This document shows positions 39,026-52,174 of a DNA stretch of 64,000 nucleotides, piece after piece; the stretch's first letter is position 1; every line of letters starts with the position of its first letter. Source of the stretch: Camelus dromedarius (lineage: Eukaryota). The DNA lies in assembly GCF_036321535.1 (NCBI RefSeq), contig NC_087437.1, positions 60,080,001 to 60,144,000 of the forward strand, read 5' to 3'. The translations under genes and the position numbers were made by a program. The notes under the pieces are model-generated. The model ran no database searches. It saw nothing but the letters and a program-made list of their open reading frames with translations, and was not told the origin of the DNA.

Positions 39026-39726
39026 TTATTGTTGCTCTTTGTTGATGGCGGATGGGTAGGAGTTCTTCCTAGGGTTCTTTTTAAGGTTATATTTGCTTTC
39101 TAAAGTGTGAATTTTTGGATCAAATATCAATCTGTTAGAAGCCCTCAGTAATAGAAAATATATTCCTGCAGGCCCTCCTGTTCATTTAGCCTGGAGTGTG
39201 ACTATGTATGAATTTGACTCTTGCTTAACAAGAAAAGGAGTTTTCTAACAGTTAAAGCTGGCTAGAGATGGGATACGCTGTCACGTAAGGTGATGAGCCC
39301 CCAGTTTCTGGAAGGATTCAACCTGAGCTGGATGCTCTCTCTCAGCAAATGATAAAGGGCTTCCCTCTTGGTTTGGAGGTCAGACAAGACGGTCCCTGCA
39401 GTCCTGTCCTGCTGGAGGATCTATTTTGCAACAAGAGCAGGAACCTTGCAGTCTGTGTTACCGTTGAGCCCCTAGTACCTCTCCCAGGGCCTGATACACA
39501 ATAAGGTGCCTAGCAAGTCATCATGGAAATGAATGAGTGACTTCTAGTCCCTACCATCCTGCCTGCCAAAATCTTCCATCTCAGGACCTATTGTGAGCAA
39601 GTAATCCAGACCTAGCAAGGTCTGCGTCCTCCCTGAACTGGATGGCAAGGACGCCAGTCATCCCAGGACAGCTCTCTGCAGGGCTGCCTCTAGGATGAGC
39701 ATTGCCTTTGAAACCACAGCCACTCA

Positions 39727-39924
<198 letters not shown>

Positions 39925-40389
39925 TCAGGGCAGAGCCCTTTCTTGGGGAAACCAGGCAAAATGGGCTGCTTTGTTCCCAGCAGCAACTGAAGAAGACAAT
40001 TGATTCAAATGAGAATAAGTGAATCGGATATGTGGGCATCGGTTGAATGCCACAGTCTATTCCTAAAGCGCTCTTTATTTAGATATGCTCTCAGTGTCCC
40101 TTTCAGTCAAAATCTATGTGAAATTCTAAACTCTGTAAAAGGAAGGGATTGGTTTAAGATGATGTAAGGGGCCATCTCAAATGTTTTATGATTCTACAAG
40201 GCATCTTTGAATTATGTGCAAAGTCAGATATGATCATGTGGGGAGCTGGGACACCAGGGTTGGTAGAATTCTCCTCAAGGAGTTGGTCACAAAGGCTTTT
40301 GGCAGATGATCAGGATTTAGAAGACCTGTATTATTCTTTCCCTGGGAGCTTGCTCTCAGTTCATAACTTTAGTGCACAGAGTCAACTTT

Positions 40390-40480
40390 TTTTTTTGTTT
40401 TAATGGAAGTACTGGGGATTGAACTCAGGACCTCGTGCATGCTAAGCATGTGCTCTACTGCTGAGCTATACCCTCCCCTC
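40390..40480 (-). mobile_element. tRNA-Ala-derived SINE (Vic-1-like, short form)
   Basis: Perfect 13-bp TSD CAGAGTCAACTTT at 40377-40389 and 40481-40493. Confidence 0.92.
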
Positions 40481-40559
40481 CAGAGTCAACTTTGAAGGAA
40501 GTATGCGTCTGTGTGGGTGAGGGTGAGGAGAGATGGGCAGGCTCATGCTTCCATACATT

Positions 40560-41640
40560 GCTTTGCATAGAGATGGCTCCAGTTTACAACCTTCATGAGG
40601 GCAACTTGGCAATATCTAGCAAAATTAAAACTGTATATACTCTGACCTGGGAAGGTGTACTCCTGAGGATAAGAAGTGATGTATGTGTAAGGTTATTCAC
40701 TGAAGTACTATTTGCAATAATAAAAGGCAGGAAACAGCCTGAGTGAGCATGAGCAGGGACTGGGTAAATAAATGATGGCACATCCATACAATGGAATGTT
40801 ACACACCCTCTTTTAAAAGAGTGATACGCAATTATCTCCAAGATAAATTTAATGGAAAAAGAGCCAGGTGCAATATAGTGTGTATATTAAGTTACCGTTT
40901 ATGTAAAAATGGGGGAAAAGGTTATTACATCAGTTTTCTATTGCTGCTATAACAAATTACCACAAGCTTAAAACACCACAAATTTATGGTCTCACAGTTT
41001 CGTGCAGGGGAAGTCTGAAGCAGGTCTCACTGGACTAAAATCAAAGTGTTGGCAGGGCTACCTACGTTCCCTTCTAGAGGCTCTACAGGAGAATCTGCCT
41101 TCTTGCCCTTTCCAAGTTCTAGAGGCCATTTGCATTCCTTGGTTTGTGAATTCCTTCCTCCATCTTCAGAGCGAGCAGAAGAGGTCAAATCCTTCTCACA
41201 CTGCATCTCTCTGACCCTTGTTCCATCACCACACCTCTCTGACCTCAGCTGAGAAAGGTTCTCTGCTACTAATGATTAGGTTGGACCCACCTGGATAATC
41301 CAGGCTACTCTTGCCATCTCAAGGTCCACAACTTTAATCACATCTTCAAAATCCCTTTTTCCATGTAAAGTAACATATTTGCAGATTCTGGGGAGTAGGG
41401 CATGGACATCATTTTGACTATCACAGTTACATATATATTTGTTTCCATACAAATTATGGACATATTATGTCCCAAAAGATACACCATAAGCTGTTTGTAC
41501 TGGTTGCTACTGGGGAGAGAAACTGAGGCTGGGATATAGAGGTAGGAGGGAAAGTTTTCATTATATGTTTTTTTCTTTTTGTGCATCTTTAGAATTTTGA
41601 ACCATGTGAATATATTTACCTAGTCAAAATATTAATTACA
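40560..41640 (+). mobile_element. Old L1ME-like 3' fragment interrupted by the MLT1 LTR
   Basis: GGCAACTTGGCAATATCTAGCAAAATTAAAA...AAATAAATGATGGCACATCCATACAATGGAAT on the left; GAATTTTGAACCATGTGAATATATTTACCTA on the right. Confidence 0.6.
40926..41425 (-). mobile_element. MaLR solo LTR (MLT1D-like)
   Basis: TTGCTGCTATAACAAATTACCACAA...CCACCTGGATAATCCAGG...ACTATCACA; near-TSD GTTAT/GTTAC. Confidence 0.85.
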
Positions 41641-42157
41641 ATTATTTTAGGAATTTAAAAATGTATCACTCAACAAAACAAAATCAGGGAGATTCAGTCG
41701 CCTTCGAAATGTCAGACTTTGAAATGAGAGCATCCTGCAAACAGGTGGCAGTGTTGCTTCAGTCACATGGCTGTCTGCTGAACTATATGCCCACGTTCAT
41801 GACAAATTTTCCACTCATTTGTTAAAGCACACCTTTCAATGAAAATCACTGGACTTAGCATTCATTTAGAGCACCAAAGACTAGGATTAAAAGTCAGTTG
41901 GTTTCATAGGCGTCTTCAGAAACTCCATTTTATACAGTGTATTTTAAATAGTTCTATTATTGTCAAGGTGACATTAGTTCTCCACAGTTAAAACCAAGGA
42001 AGCATGATTTTCCAGAAAGGAGGAAACTCAGAGGTAGAAGATTGCTTTTCATGTCATGTTCCCTTATGATCTCATATTATTTTTGTGAAGCTCTTTTCAT
42101 CTTTTGGAATCTCAGTTTCTCTATTTGTATAAGGAGAATGCAATGTTTAAAAAAATA

Positions 42158-44150
42158 ATTATGGAAAGGAAGAAGTAAACCTGTCTTTATTTACAGATAC
42201 CATAATTTTGTATATAGAAAATCCTAAGGAATACACACACACACATACACACACACACACACACACAGAGCTATTAGAGCTAACAAATGAATTTAGCAAG
42301 GTTAAAGGATTCAAGATTAATATACAGAAATCAAATGTATTTCTATACTTACAATGACCAATCTGCAAACTAATTTAAGAAAGTTCCATTTACAATAGCA
42401 TCAAAGGAATCAAATTCTTATGAATAAATTTAACCAAAGAAGCATAAAACATACTCTGAAAACTATAAAAGATTGTTGAAATAAATTAAAGAAGACCTAA
42501 GTAAATGGAAAGATACCCTATGTCCATGGATTGGAAGACAAAATTAAGAAGGCAAAACTCTCCAAATTGACCTACAGATTCAATACAATCTCTGTCAAAT
42601 TTCCAATTAACTTCTTCACAGAAATAGAAAAACTGATCCTAAACTTTATATGGAATTACAAAGGACCCAGAGTAGCCAAAAGAACGAAGTTGAAGAACTC
42701 ATATGTTCTGATTTTAAAAACTTACTACAAAGCTGCAATAATTAAGACTGTATAGTGCTGGTGTAAGGATAGACATATAGGTCAATAGAAGAGAATTGAG
42801 AATCCCAAAATAAACTTACACCTATGGTCATTTGATTTTCAATAAGGATGTCAAGACCGTTCAATGGGCAAAGAACAGTCTTCTCAACAAATAGTCCTGA
42901 ACAACTGGATATCCACATGCCAAAGAAAGACATTTGACTCCTATATCACACTAATACAAAATTTAACTTAAAATAAATCAAAGACTTAAATGTAAGAACT
43001 ACAACTACAAATCAGTTGGAAGAAAATATAGGAGTAAATCTTTGTAACCTTAGACTAGGCAATGGTTTTTTAGATATGACAACAAAAGCATAAACAACAA
43101 ATGAAAAAGATTGATAAATTGGACTTCATTAATATTAAAAAATTTTATGCTTCAAAGGACACATCAATAAAGTGAAAAGGCAATCTTTAGAATGTAAAAA
43201 AATATTTGCAAATCATGTATCTGATAAGGGACTTTTATCTAGAATATATAAAGAACACTTATCTCAACAATTAAAAGATAAATAACTCAATTAAAAATGG
43301 GCAAAGCATTTGAAAAGACATTTCTTCAAAGAAGACAAACAAATGTTCAATAAACATAGGAAAAGATGCCCAAGATAATTACCATTAGGGAAATACAAAT
43401 CAAAGCCACAATGAGATACCCATTAAAAATGGCTATAATAAAAAGATGATAATAACAAGTATGGGCAAAGACATAGATAAATTGGAATAATACACTGCCA
43501 GTGGGAATGTAAAATGGTGCAGCTCTTTTGGAACAGTCTGGCAGTTTCTCAAAAGGTTAAACATGGAGTTACAATGTGACCTAGCAATTCTACTCCTAGG
43601 TATATACCCAGGAAACCTGAAAATACATGTCTACAAAAAACCCCATGAAAACAGACACACAAAAACCCATACATGAATGCTTATAGTAGCATTATTCCTA
43701 ATAGTCAAAAAGTGGAAATAACCCAAATGATGAACAGATAAGTAAAATGTGGCATAATCCACAGAGAGGAATATTATTTGGCAATGAAGAGGAATGAAGT
43801 ACTGATACATACCACAACATGAATGAACTTGGAAAACATTATGCTGAGTAAAAGGAATTAATCACAAAAGACCACATATTGTTGGATTCCATTTCTATGA
43901 ATTGTCCAGAATAGGCAAATTTATAGAGACAGAAAGTTGGTTGCCTGGGGCGGGGAAAGCTGGAGGGAAATGAAGATTGGCTGTTAATGGGTATGGGGTT
44001 TCTTTCCAAAATGATGTTTAGAAAATACTCTAAAATTGATATTGGTGAGTTTCAGAACTCTATGAATATACTAAAAATTTCTGAAAGTGAAAACCACTTT
44101 AAACAGGTGAATTACATAGTATATGAATTATATCTTAAATAAACCATTTA
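42158..44150 (+). mobile_element. Degenerate L1MB-like element (3' part of ORF2 plus 3' UTR), antisense to APOD in intron 2
   Basis: ORF2-like remnants (LTYRFNTISVKFP, FFTEIEKLILNFIWN, KTYYKAAIIKTV) with many stops and frameshifts; internal (CA)n at about 42233-42267. Confidence 0.92.
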
Positions 44151-45489
44151 AACATTCTGCTTTACTCCTCAAACGACTTTTGTAAAGACAGGTCAATTAT
44201 AATTTCCAAAGTGTCTTGGGATTTTTACCCCCAAGCTGAAATGTAACTCAAATTCCCTGGAGCTTTTCTAGAAAGCCTCCTGTAGACCACCAGGGTTACC
44301 CGGATAAAGGGATCAGCCCTTTATAATTAATGCAGTAAGTCAATGTAGACTTGAGGGTACCATATCCCATGTCAGCTCTCTGTTGCTGGTGCTCCTTCCA
44401 CACCCCTCTCAGGTTCTGAGCTCTCTTCTCTCTACCTAATCCATCCCCTAAGGGGTCCCAACACTCATTCACACTGAGGTGTGAGTAACTGATAACAACT
44501 TTAATGTTACTTATAACAAGTCACTTCTTAAAACAGATCCAAACTTTCTGTGAAAGAGAAGATGTCTTAATGGGGAGATTCTAGGCATGAGTTAGAAGCC
44601 ATGGGAGCCTCTGAGTCATGTCATCCAATAGCTGCTTCTTTCTGCTGTTCACCGCCCCATCCCATCCCCAGCCATCCATGTGCACAGTAAGGTTGGGCCT
44701 GATCTAAGGAAGAAAGCCATACACGGAGGTGCCGATTATGTTGATACCCTTTTAGTGTGGGTAACAAGGAGGTTCCTTGGGGCAGTTCTGTCCTTTCCTA
44801 AGCCCTGTTTGAGTAACCTGTGGGTGTCCTGCACTTCTGGGAAGCCTAGTTTTGTTTCGTTTTTAAATTTTTTCTGGGAAGCCTAGTTTTGAATCCTACT
44901 CTGCATTTATTGGCCGTGTGACCTGAATAGTTTGCAAGCTCCCTGACATTCGGCTTCTTCCCTGCAGCAGCTGCTGTAATTCGTGCCCCAAGTCTGCCCA
45001 GAGGCCCATCTCTGGGCTCACGTCCATCACGGGGGGCAATTCCCATACACACTGCCAGCTTCCCACCTGCAGCCCCCGTGTCTCCTTCTCTGCCAGAAGC
45101 TGGGCCAGTGCCACGGGAGCTCCCACGGCCCACTTGCAACCATCCATCCACGAGACAATCTGAGGCGCATGCTCTGCATTTCCTCAGAGCATCCCCAGCA
45201 GGACTGACCCCCGTTGTTCAGAGTAACCTGCTCACCCTTTACAGCTCTCCTGCCTTCTTTGTCTCAGTTTCCCCACATGCCTCCTCATGCTTCCTGGGAT
45301 CATCTTCTAAAACCTCTGTGTTCCCCATCGCTTGTCTCAGAGTCTGCTCTAAGGGAGCCCCCAATAAGATAAGTAGCTACCCCGAGGCTTGCTGTGGCCA
45401 TCAAAGCAGAATAATAGAACTGAACCTGTTGGGATGCACATTCAAACAGGAGACAGCCAAACAAGCGGGAGTTGAGCCTCTGACCGCAC

Positions 45490-45612
45490 CTTATTCACGT
45501 CAAAATTCTCCTGCACTGGAGGAGTCGGGCATTTTCCGAGATGGAAGGCTTGTCCCTCAGCCGCTCCGAAGAGGCCAGCCAGGGCCGAAAGCAGCAGCAG
45601 CGCCGGCACCAT
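45490..45612 (-). CDS. APOD: APOD exon 2 coding part (123 nt): signal peptide MVPALLLLSALAGLFGAAEG plus QAFHLGKCPTPPVQENFDVNK
   Basis: ATG in strong context (AGGATGG), AAG|gtgcgg donor; exon starts at 45640 after ccactgcag|. The four coding exons sum to 570 nt (189 aa plus stop). Confidence 0.98.
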
Positions 45613-46279
45613 CCTGAGGCTGGGTGGCTGTGGGTGGAACCTGCAGTGGAGAGAACAGAGCAGCTGGAGGCGTTCTGAGCCTCCCGAGGGCACAGAGTCC
45701 TGGGAGGAAGACTTCTGGACTGGCGGGTCCCTCTGTGGGTGGCCTCCCACTCAGCCTGTTGAACCTCTCATCCTACAGGGCCCCCTGAATCACCCATGTC
45801 ACTGTGAGGCCCTCCATCCCTGTGAGCCTCTCTAGAACATTTTCTACCTCCGTTGAGCACACTTTGCCTGCTATTCGAGTTTTTTTGGATTTATTTTGCA
45901 AGCTCCCCTGCCCCACACACCTCATTATGCATTTTTCAGGGATGGGCATTGTGTCTGATTCTCCCTGGACTCACCCACAGAACCTCGCGGTGCCAGGCGC
46001 AGTCCATACTTGCTGAATGAACAGAAACAATGTGTGTGTGTTGGGGCACAGGCCAAGAGGGAGATTAAAGCCATCAAGTGAACCATGAGAGAAAAAACAA
46101 ACTGAAAACAAATCATGCATAAGGTTAGTGTCCTGGGAGGTTCATCAGAGACATGCCTCCCTGACCCCACCTCTCCACCCTGCCCCCACCTCTCCACCCT
46201 GCCCCCATCTTGCTGGGCTGTTTTTCAACCCAAGAGCAGGCCTGGAAAGGTTAACAGGGAGCAGGGTGCTGGGGACTCC

Positions 46280-46490
46280 AGGGTCGCCCTGACCAGGTTT
46301 GAAGTCTAGCTCTGCACATGCTAAGTATAACTGTGTCCAACTGATGCTTAATTTCCTTGTCTATGAATTGGGAATGATAATCATACCAACCTCATGAAGT
46401 TTCATGAGGATTAAAGAGATAAAGCAAAGAGAGCATTTTGAGCAGTGTCTGACACAGAGAAAATGCTCAACAAATGCTAGTTATTGCTAT
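46280..46490 (+). mobile_element. MIR
   Basis: TTTCCTTGTCTATGAATTGGGAATGATAAT...TGAGGATTAAAGAGATAA...GTGTCTGACACAGAG...TGCTCAACAAATG. Confidence 0.7.
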
Positions 46491-46517
46491 TATGAAAAGC
46501 AGAAACAAAGGATTGTG

Positions 46518-46610
46518 TTTCTTTCCTTCCTTCCTTCCTCCCTCCTCTCCTCTCTCCATCTCTTTCTTTCTTTCTTTCTTTCTTCTTCTTCTTCTTTTTT
46601 TTTTTTTTTT
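46518..46610. repeat. Polypyrimidine low-complexity tract (TTCC/TTTC/TTC/T runs)
   Basis: Read directly. Confidence 0.85.
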
Positions 46611-48619
46611 GACATTCTGTTGCGGATATTTTTCATAGATGATGTACGTCTCACCGGAGAAGGACCAGAGAAGGCTGATTTGTAACTGCAGCAAGCATTT
46701 GAGCTCAGTGCCCTTGGTTGTGGACGCTGCTTCGAGGAGGGGCAGTGGGCAGGGTCGGAGCCCCAGCTACTCCCTGCTTCTTTCACTGACTTGCTCTCAC
46801 TCTGTTCTCTTCTTGTGACTCCTTGCCTGTAGCTATTTCCAGCTCTTTACCTTTCTCCCTGCCATGAAGAGGGCTGAATCAATGCAAGCAAGATGTTCTC
46901 AGATCTGAGCATTTAAAAGGATGTGTCATAACAGGAGTAATTATAACCAGTTTCTTATGAATCTCTAAGCCTCCAAATAACCTTCAATAATCAATAGCCC
47001 TTTTTCTGGAGGTTTTGATGCCTGTTTTTCAAAAGAATAGTTACATAATGAGTCAAAGCTGATCTGAGGTGGGGAAGGGAGGGGATGAGGCGTGGCCACT
47101 GAGTACTCCCCACCAAGCAAGCTTACTGTGGGGCCACCTTTCTTAGCCTTTGAGGCTCCATTTTTCATCAGCCCCTACCACCAGGTCAACACCACCTGTC
47201 TTTTCATCTTTGAGGGGATGGTGAATTTGCAGAAATCCAGCCAAAATTTGCAACCATTTCCAAGAAGTTCTTAGAACCACTGAAGTTCTACTCTTGGCCC
47301 CCTTAGGCTCCAAGTTCAGTCCCTTGGCCAGGAGTTCTAGCCTCAAAGGATGGCCACACATTATGCACAGTCTACAGGGCCTCCCAAACTGGATAGGACC
47401 TTAGAGGTAACATATCCAACCCTTTTCCACAGGCGCACAGATGGGGAAGCTGAGGCCCAGACGGGACAGAGAGCTGGGACTCAGGGCTCATCTCCACTCT
47501 CCATTTTGCAGCACCCCTGAGCCACGCTTTCTTCTGTGCACCACCTTCGGTGGCCTTCAATAAACACCTACCTCTATACCTGATGTCTCGTTTCACCACA
47601 AGACAGTTACACCAGAAGTCAGTTCCACCTCTTACTCTGACAAATATCTTGTTACAAAACGTTCTATTGTGGGCTGAACCATGTTCTTTAGCTCTGTAGG
47701 AGGACTTCAGAGCAAGACAAATTCCCCTTGCTTGCATCTCTTCCAAAGATGCCTCTTTATTATACTAGTTTTAGCTCTAGGATTCAAACTGTTTTTGAGA
47801 GAAAGGGTTGATGGCATCCATAACTTTTTTTCCTCAGTGCCCCTTGCATTCTAATTCACCCAACACTTGACTGAGCACCTTCTAAGGGTAAATCACATTA
47901 TTAACATGTATCTATGAACTTGGGTATGCAGGACTTAATTTTGCATCTTCTAATACAAATGGGAAGATTGTCCTCACCAGGAGAGTTTAAGTATTTTAAA
48001 AAAAATGTAATTTAAATATTATTTAAACTGAATATTAAATAAGTAAAAAATAATTCTACTAAAGTTTCTTTGCATCCACCCTGAGCCAGAACTGACTCGG
48101 TGAATCACAGCTCTTACTCACTGAGGTTTTCCGGGGAGAAGTCCTGGCCTCAGCACTGACATGTGCCTTGCGCTGAATCTCCAAACACCCTGTCTGGCAG
48201 GGTCCTGCACTGAAGTCCTCTTTGTGCTCCTTGAGGTTCACTTGGCAGGTTTGCTTCCCCGTGAGAGCTCCTGCCAGGCCTCCTAAGGCCCTGCACTCCG
48301 CACGCCTGCGTGCTAGTGCAGCTGTTCGCAAGACACTGCAGAACTGAAGGACTGGCTTTTTCGATCTCACATGATAAAATAAAACACATTTCCACAAGCA
48401 AACGGGTCTTGAAAACCCATTTCGCCGTTGAATCTAACAAGAAAACATATCTCCTGAAGAAAACTTTTTTGTCACATTGATAAATGCATTTTCTCTTCAC
48501 ATAATGCCTTTCAGTGCACTTTTTGGTCAATTTTACTGTGATGCACACAGGATAACAACCCCTGGAGGATACATCTAGCACAGGCTTGATGTGTGAAAAA
48601 AATCCTCATCGTCTCAGAT

Positions 48620-48865
48620 AGTATAGAGCGGGGTGCACAGTGCGAGCAGAAGACTTTGGGGTGTGCCAGCACTGAGTTGGCGCCCCAGCTCTGGCATTTG
48701 TTGGTGGTCTTACCTTAGGCCTGTTGCTTAGAATGTCTGAACTTCGGTTTCCTCATTGGAAAAATGACTCTAACAATATCTACCTTGTAAAATTGTTTGT
48801 GGAAAAATGAGTCCACGTCTCCAAAGCGACTGGCCAAAGGCCCTCAGCCGTGTTAGTTATTATTT
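48620..48865 (+). mobile_element. MIR
   Basis: CTTCGGTTTCCTCATTGGAAAAATGAC...TACCTTGTAAAATTGTTTGTGG core. Confidence 0.6.
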
Positions 48866-48953
48866 TTAGCTGAAAAGGGGCAATGAAAAGTCAAGACTGT
48901 CTCTATTTTAAGTGTTATTTATCATAAATGAAAATTAAAACTACAGTACATAC

Positions 48954-49010
48954 CTTTTTTATCAAGATGAGAGCAATTTCCACATCCAATCTGAGATGCC
49001 TTGTCTTGGT
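48954..49010 (-). other. APOD: APOD non-coding exon 1 (TSS approximate)
   Basis: Starts about 25-30 nt downstream of TATAAAA and ends AAAAG|gtatgt; resembles my recollection of human APOD exon 1. Confidence 0.8.
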
Positions 49011-49030
49011 GACTGGCTTTTCCCAAGCTA

Positions 49031-49037
49031 TTTTATA
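49031..49037 (-). promoter_or_regulatory. APOD: APOD TATA box (TATAAAA)
   Basis: Minus strand reads GAAGCTTATAAAATAGCTTGGG, correctly spaced from the exon 1 donor. Confidence 0.85.
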
Positions 49038-49214
49038 AGCTTCCTCAGGTCACTGATGTTTAATTTTAATGCATGCCACACCCCCTACATTCAGGAAGGC
49101 TGGCCTAAAAGCTTAGCTCTGTATGAAACACAAAGATGGGATGTTCTGTTCATCTCCCTCCCCCAATTTCCTTCCCAGCTGCTCCCTGAAGAAGAAACAA
49201 GGAGATATTGTTTC

Positions 49215-49241
49215 TGTGTGTGTGTGTGAGAGAGAGAGAGA
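49215..49241. repeat. (TG)7(AG)6 compound microsatellite in the APOD proximal promoter
   Basis: Read directly. Confidence 0.9.
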
Positions 49242-49758
49242 AAGACATAATGTATTTCATTCAAAACATCTTTTTTGCTATGTGGATTTTCTAATTTAAT
49301 TTTCTCAGTCCAAATGCACTTTCAAGTTCCAGTAAGATGAGTTGCAACATGTTTTCAAACATCTGCTACTTATTTTCCATTTTTTGTGTAAATAAAAAAT
49401 CAACAATCCCATTTCCTGAATATGGAGGATGAATTCCACCCATGTGGTCCCTGGCCAGGAATGTGACTCAGGCAACAGAGTGAAGGTTAGGAATTAGAAT
49501 TAGGAATTGGCTTTCTGTGTGATTCTGGGCAAAATACCCACTACTCTGAGCCTCAGTCTCCCCGTTGAGAAAGACGGACTTGTCATTTCTGTCCCCATCA
49601 GAGCTGAGTGCATAGGGGAGACACCAGTTCTCTAATAGTTGGGGTAAAAGCTGAGAATGCCAAAGGGGTCCTCTGCAGCTCCTCTGTCCGTGCCTTTGAT
49701 GACCCTCCCAGCTACGTATTCTAGGCAGCCTGTTCTGTTTGGGGCTAGAGTAGGGTGA

Positions 49759-49797
49759 GTGTGTGTGTGGGTGTGTGTGCACGCGTGTGTGCGCGCA
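49759..49797. repeat. Alternating purine-pyrimidine tract upstream of APOD
   Basis: GTGTGTGTGTGG followed by the perfectly alternating GTGTGTGTGCACGCGTGTGTGCGCGCA. Confidence 0.9.
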
Positions 49798-52174
49798 GAT
49801 TTAGGCCCAGAGGTACTTTGGATTGGATCTTGTCTCTTTCGGTGGAATGAACAGCTTTGGAATGACTCTAAGGAATTGGATTCTATCCCTTTGTGATAGG
49901 CAGGAGGTATTTTTCCTGGCATATAGATAAGACAGTATTTTTGGAGTAGACTTATATTCCTAAATAAAATTCATTCTCAAATTTGTAAGCAATAGAAATT
50001 TACAGCACTAGGCCTTTTAAACATTAAAACAACAGCAACAGTGAAACCTTAATGTATCAAACGTTGAGAGCCCTTTCTTTGGGATGTACTTTACTTTTTT
50101 AGGAAAAGAAGGAATCCTTCTTCCTGGTCAGGACACTGACCTTGCTGTAGTCTTGTCACACTTCCCCCTGAGAACCCGGCGTGGCTCCCTATCTCCCTCC
50201 CTCCCTCCAGGTCCCTGATCTAATGTCACTTCCTTTAAAAGGCCTTCCTGGCCTTTCGAAAACAGGACTCTTGTCACCGTCGTTTTACCTGCTTCCTCAT
50301 ATCCTTACTGTAGCTTTACCTGAAATGAATCCTATATTTACGTTTTCTCTTGTTTCTTGTGTCTTCCTCACTGGGCGCTAAGCCCCACAGGTGTGGAGAA
50401 CTTGTCTCACAGGCTGACTGCGGTACCATCTGGCTAGAGCACATCACAGGTGCTTAGTGACTGCTTGTAAGCTGAATGGAAGGGACCTACCTATTGAAAG
50501 AATTTACTGAGTACTCTAAGATTTGCAAAAGGAGCTAGAGGTAATATTCTAGAGGCTTCTATTTGAAGTGTTTTCTGGGGAAAGTCCTAGTCTGTAAGTT
50601 TCTAAGCCTTATTTACCTGCATCACATTTGTCCCCAAGAATTGCTTGTCACTGAAGAAATACACAATTAGCCTCTCATCAACCTCATGAAAAGAATATTT
50701 CCCTCTAAATAGCTACACAGTTTTCCACTAAGCAATGTAGCTAAAGTTTCCAAATGTGTAAGTTGAAGAGTGATGTATCTTATCTTTGAATCCTTAGCAT
50801 TAAATCAAGAACTGTGGAGCTGAAGATATTAGTCTAGGAGTCACAGAGAACATGAGATTGAACAAATAATAATAATAAAAAACACACATAATCTTTCTGG
50901 GTCTTAGTTTGTTTTTTCCTGTAAATGTTGGCAAATGATATAGGAAAAAATCTCCCTTCACATGTTTCTGGAATAGGGCCAAGCACAAGTTTTTAAGCAT
51001 CATAAAACAAATCAGAACTGTGTTCTAAACAAGCCTTTATTTTTAATTCAAAATTATTATAAGCAATTAAAATGGTACCAAAATGTGGGCCTCAGAAAGT
51101 GTAAGGTTCTCATAATCCCACACCTCAGAGATTGTTACGTTTGTATTTATTCTTCTAGGCATTCCTCTACAGATCCCAACATAATAACAGTAATAGCAAT
51201 AATATCCAGTGTTCTGAAACTTGTTTTCATGTAATAAGGTATCTCTCTATACCAATTCACATAGTGCTACCTCATTCTTTCACCTGCTGTAAAACCTTGC
51301 TTTTGCCTGACAGCACATATCTTCAAGGAGATGGCCTGTGGTTTCATAGGGAAGTTATTCTTTAGTTGGGTGATTGTTCATCATATGGGTAATTAATTGC
51401 CTTAGTGGTTTCACTATAAGACCCTCAGGAAGATGAAATTTTTTTGATGGACTTTTAGTAGCAAGAAATAGAGAACTATTCCATCTTAAAAAGGTTTCCC
51501 TGATGGAAATTTCTCTATTTATTAATAACCGGTTCTTTCAACTACCAGAGTCATCCTGTGTGCCCTTCTAAAGTCATTTTTCTTTTGTCAGTTAAAATGA
51601 GGGGGAAACACAACTGTACTTTTCATGTGTTTTCCATGACACTTATTCACTCTTTAGGACTCAGTGCAAAATTTCCACTCTTTGGTTGTTTTCCTGAATT
51701 CCTGCCCACCTTATGCAGCCTCCAACACTCTCTGCTTTGTGTCTTCACAGCACATGTTACTTTGTTGTCAGGCCCATCACACCATGTTAAGCATCACTGT
51801 CCCCTTCTGGAGACTGTCAGATCCTTTGGGGTAGGTTCATCTTTTTGTTCCTGGTAAATTGCATAATGCTTGGCACATAATAAGGGTTTACTAAATGTTA
51901 TTGGATGATCGAATGTTAATTCTCATTATTTGTGGGGACAGCCGTGTACTTCATGATTTATTCAGATGCCCTCTTTCCTCTCCTTCCTACTCCCTTGTGG
52001 CCACTTCCTTTATCACTTGGAGCAGGAACCACGTGAGAGCTGAATGATGCCAATCATCTGGTGAACATCAAGAAAGCAACCAAACTGGTGAAAACTGCAA
52101 CTTGACACGGCATTGGGGAGGGAACACAGGCCTGGAAAGCAGGAGGTCTGGGTTCTGGTCCTAGCTCTGTTACT

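Noticed and set aside
42531..42755. 74-aa ORF as an independent gene
   Set aside because: It is a decayed L1 ORF2 fragment.
45078..45617. 179-aa plus-strand ORF antisense to APOD exon 2
   Set aside because: GTG start, GC-rich antisense shadow, no homology recognised.
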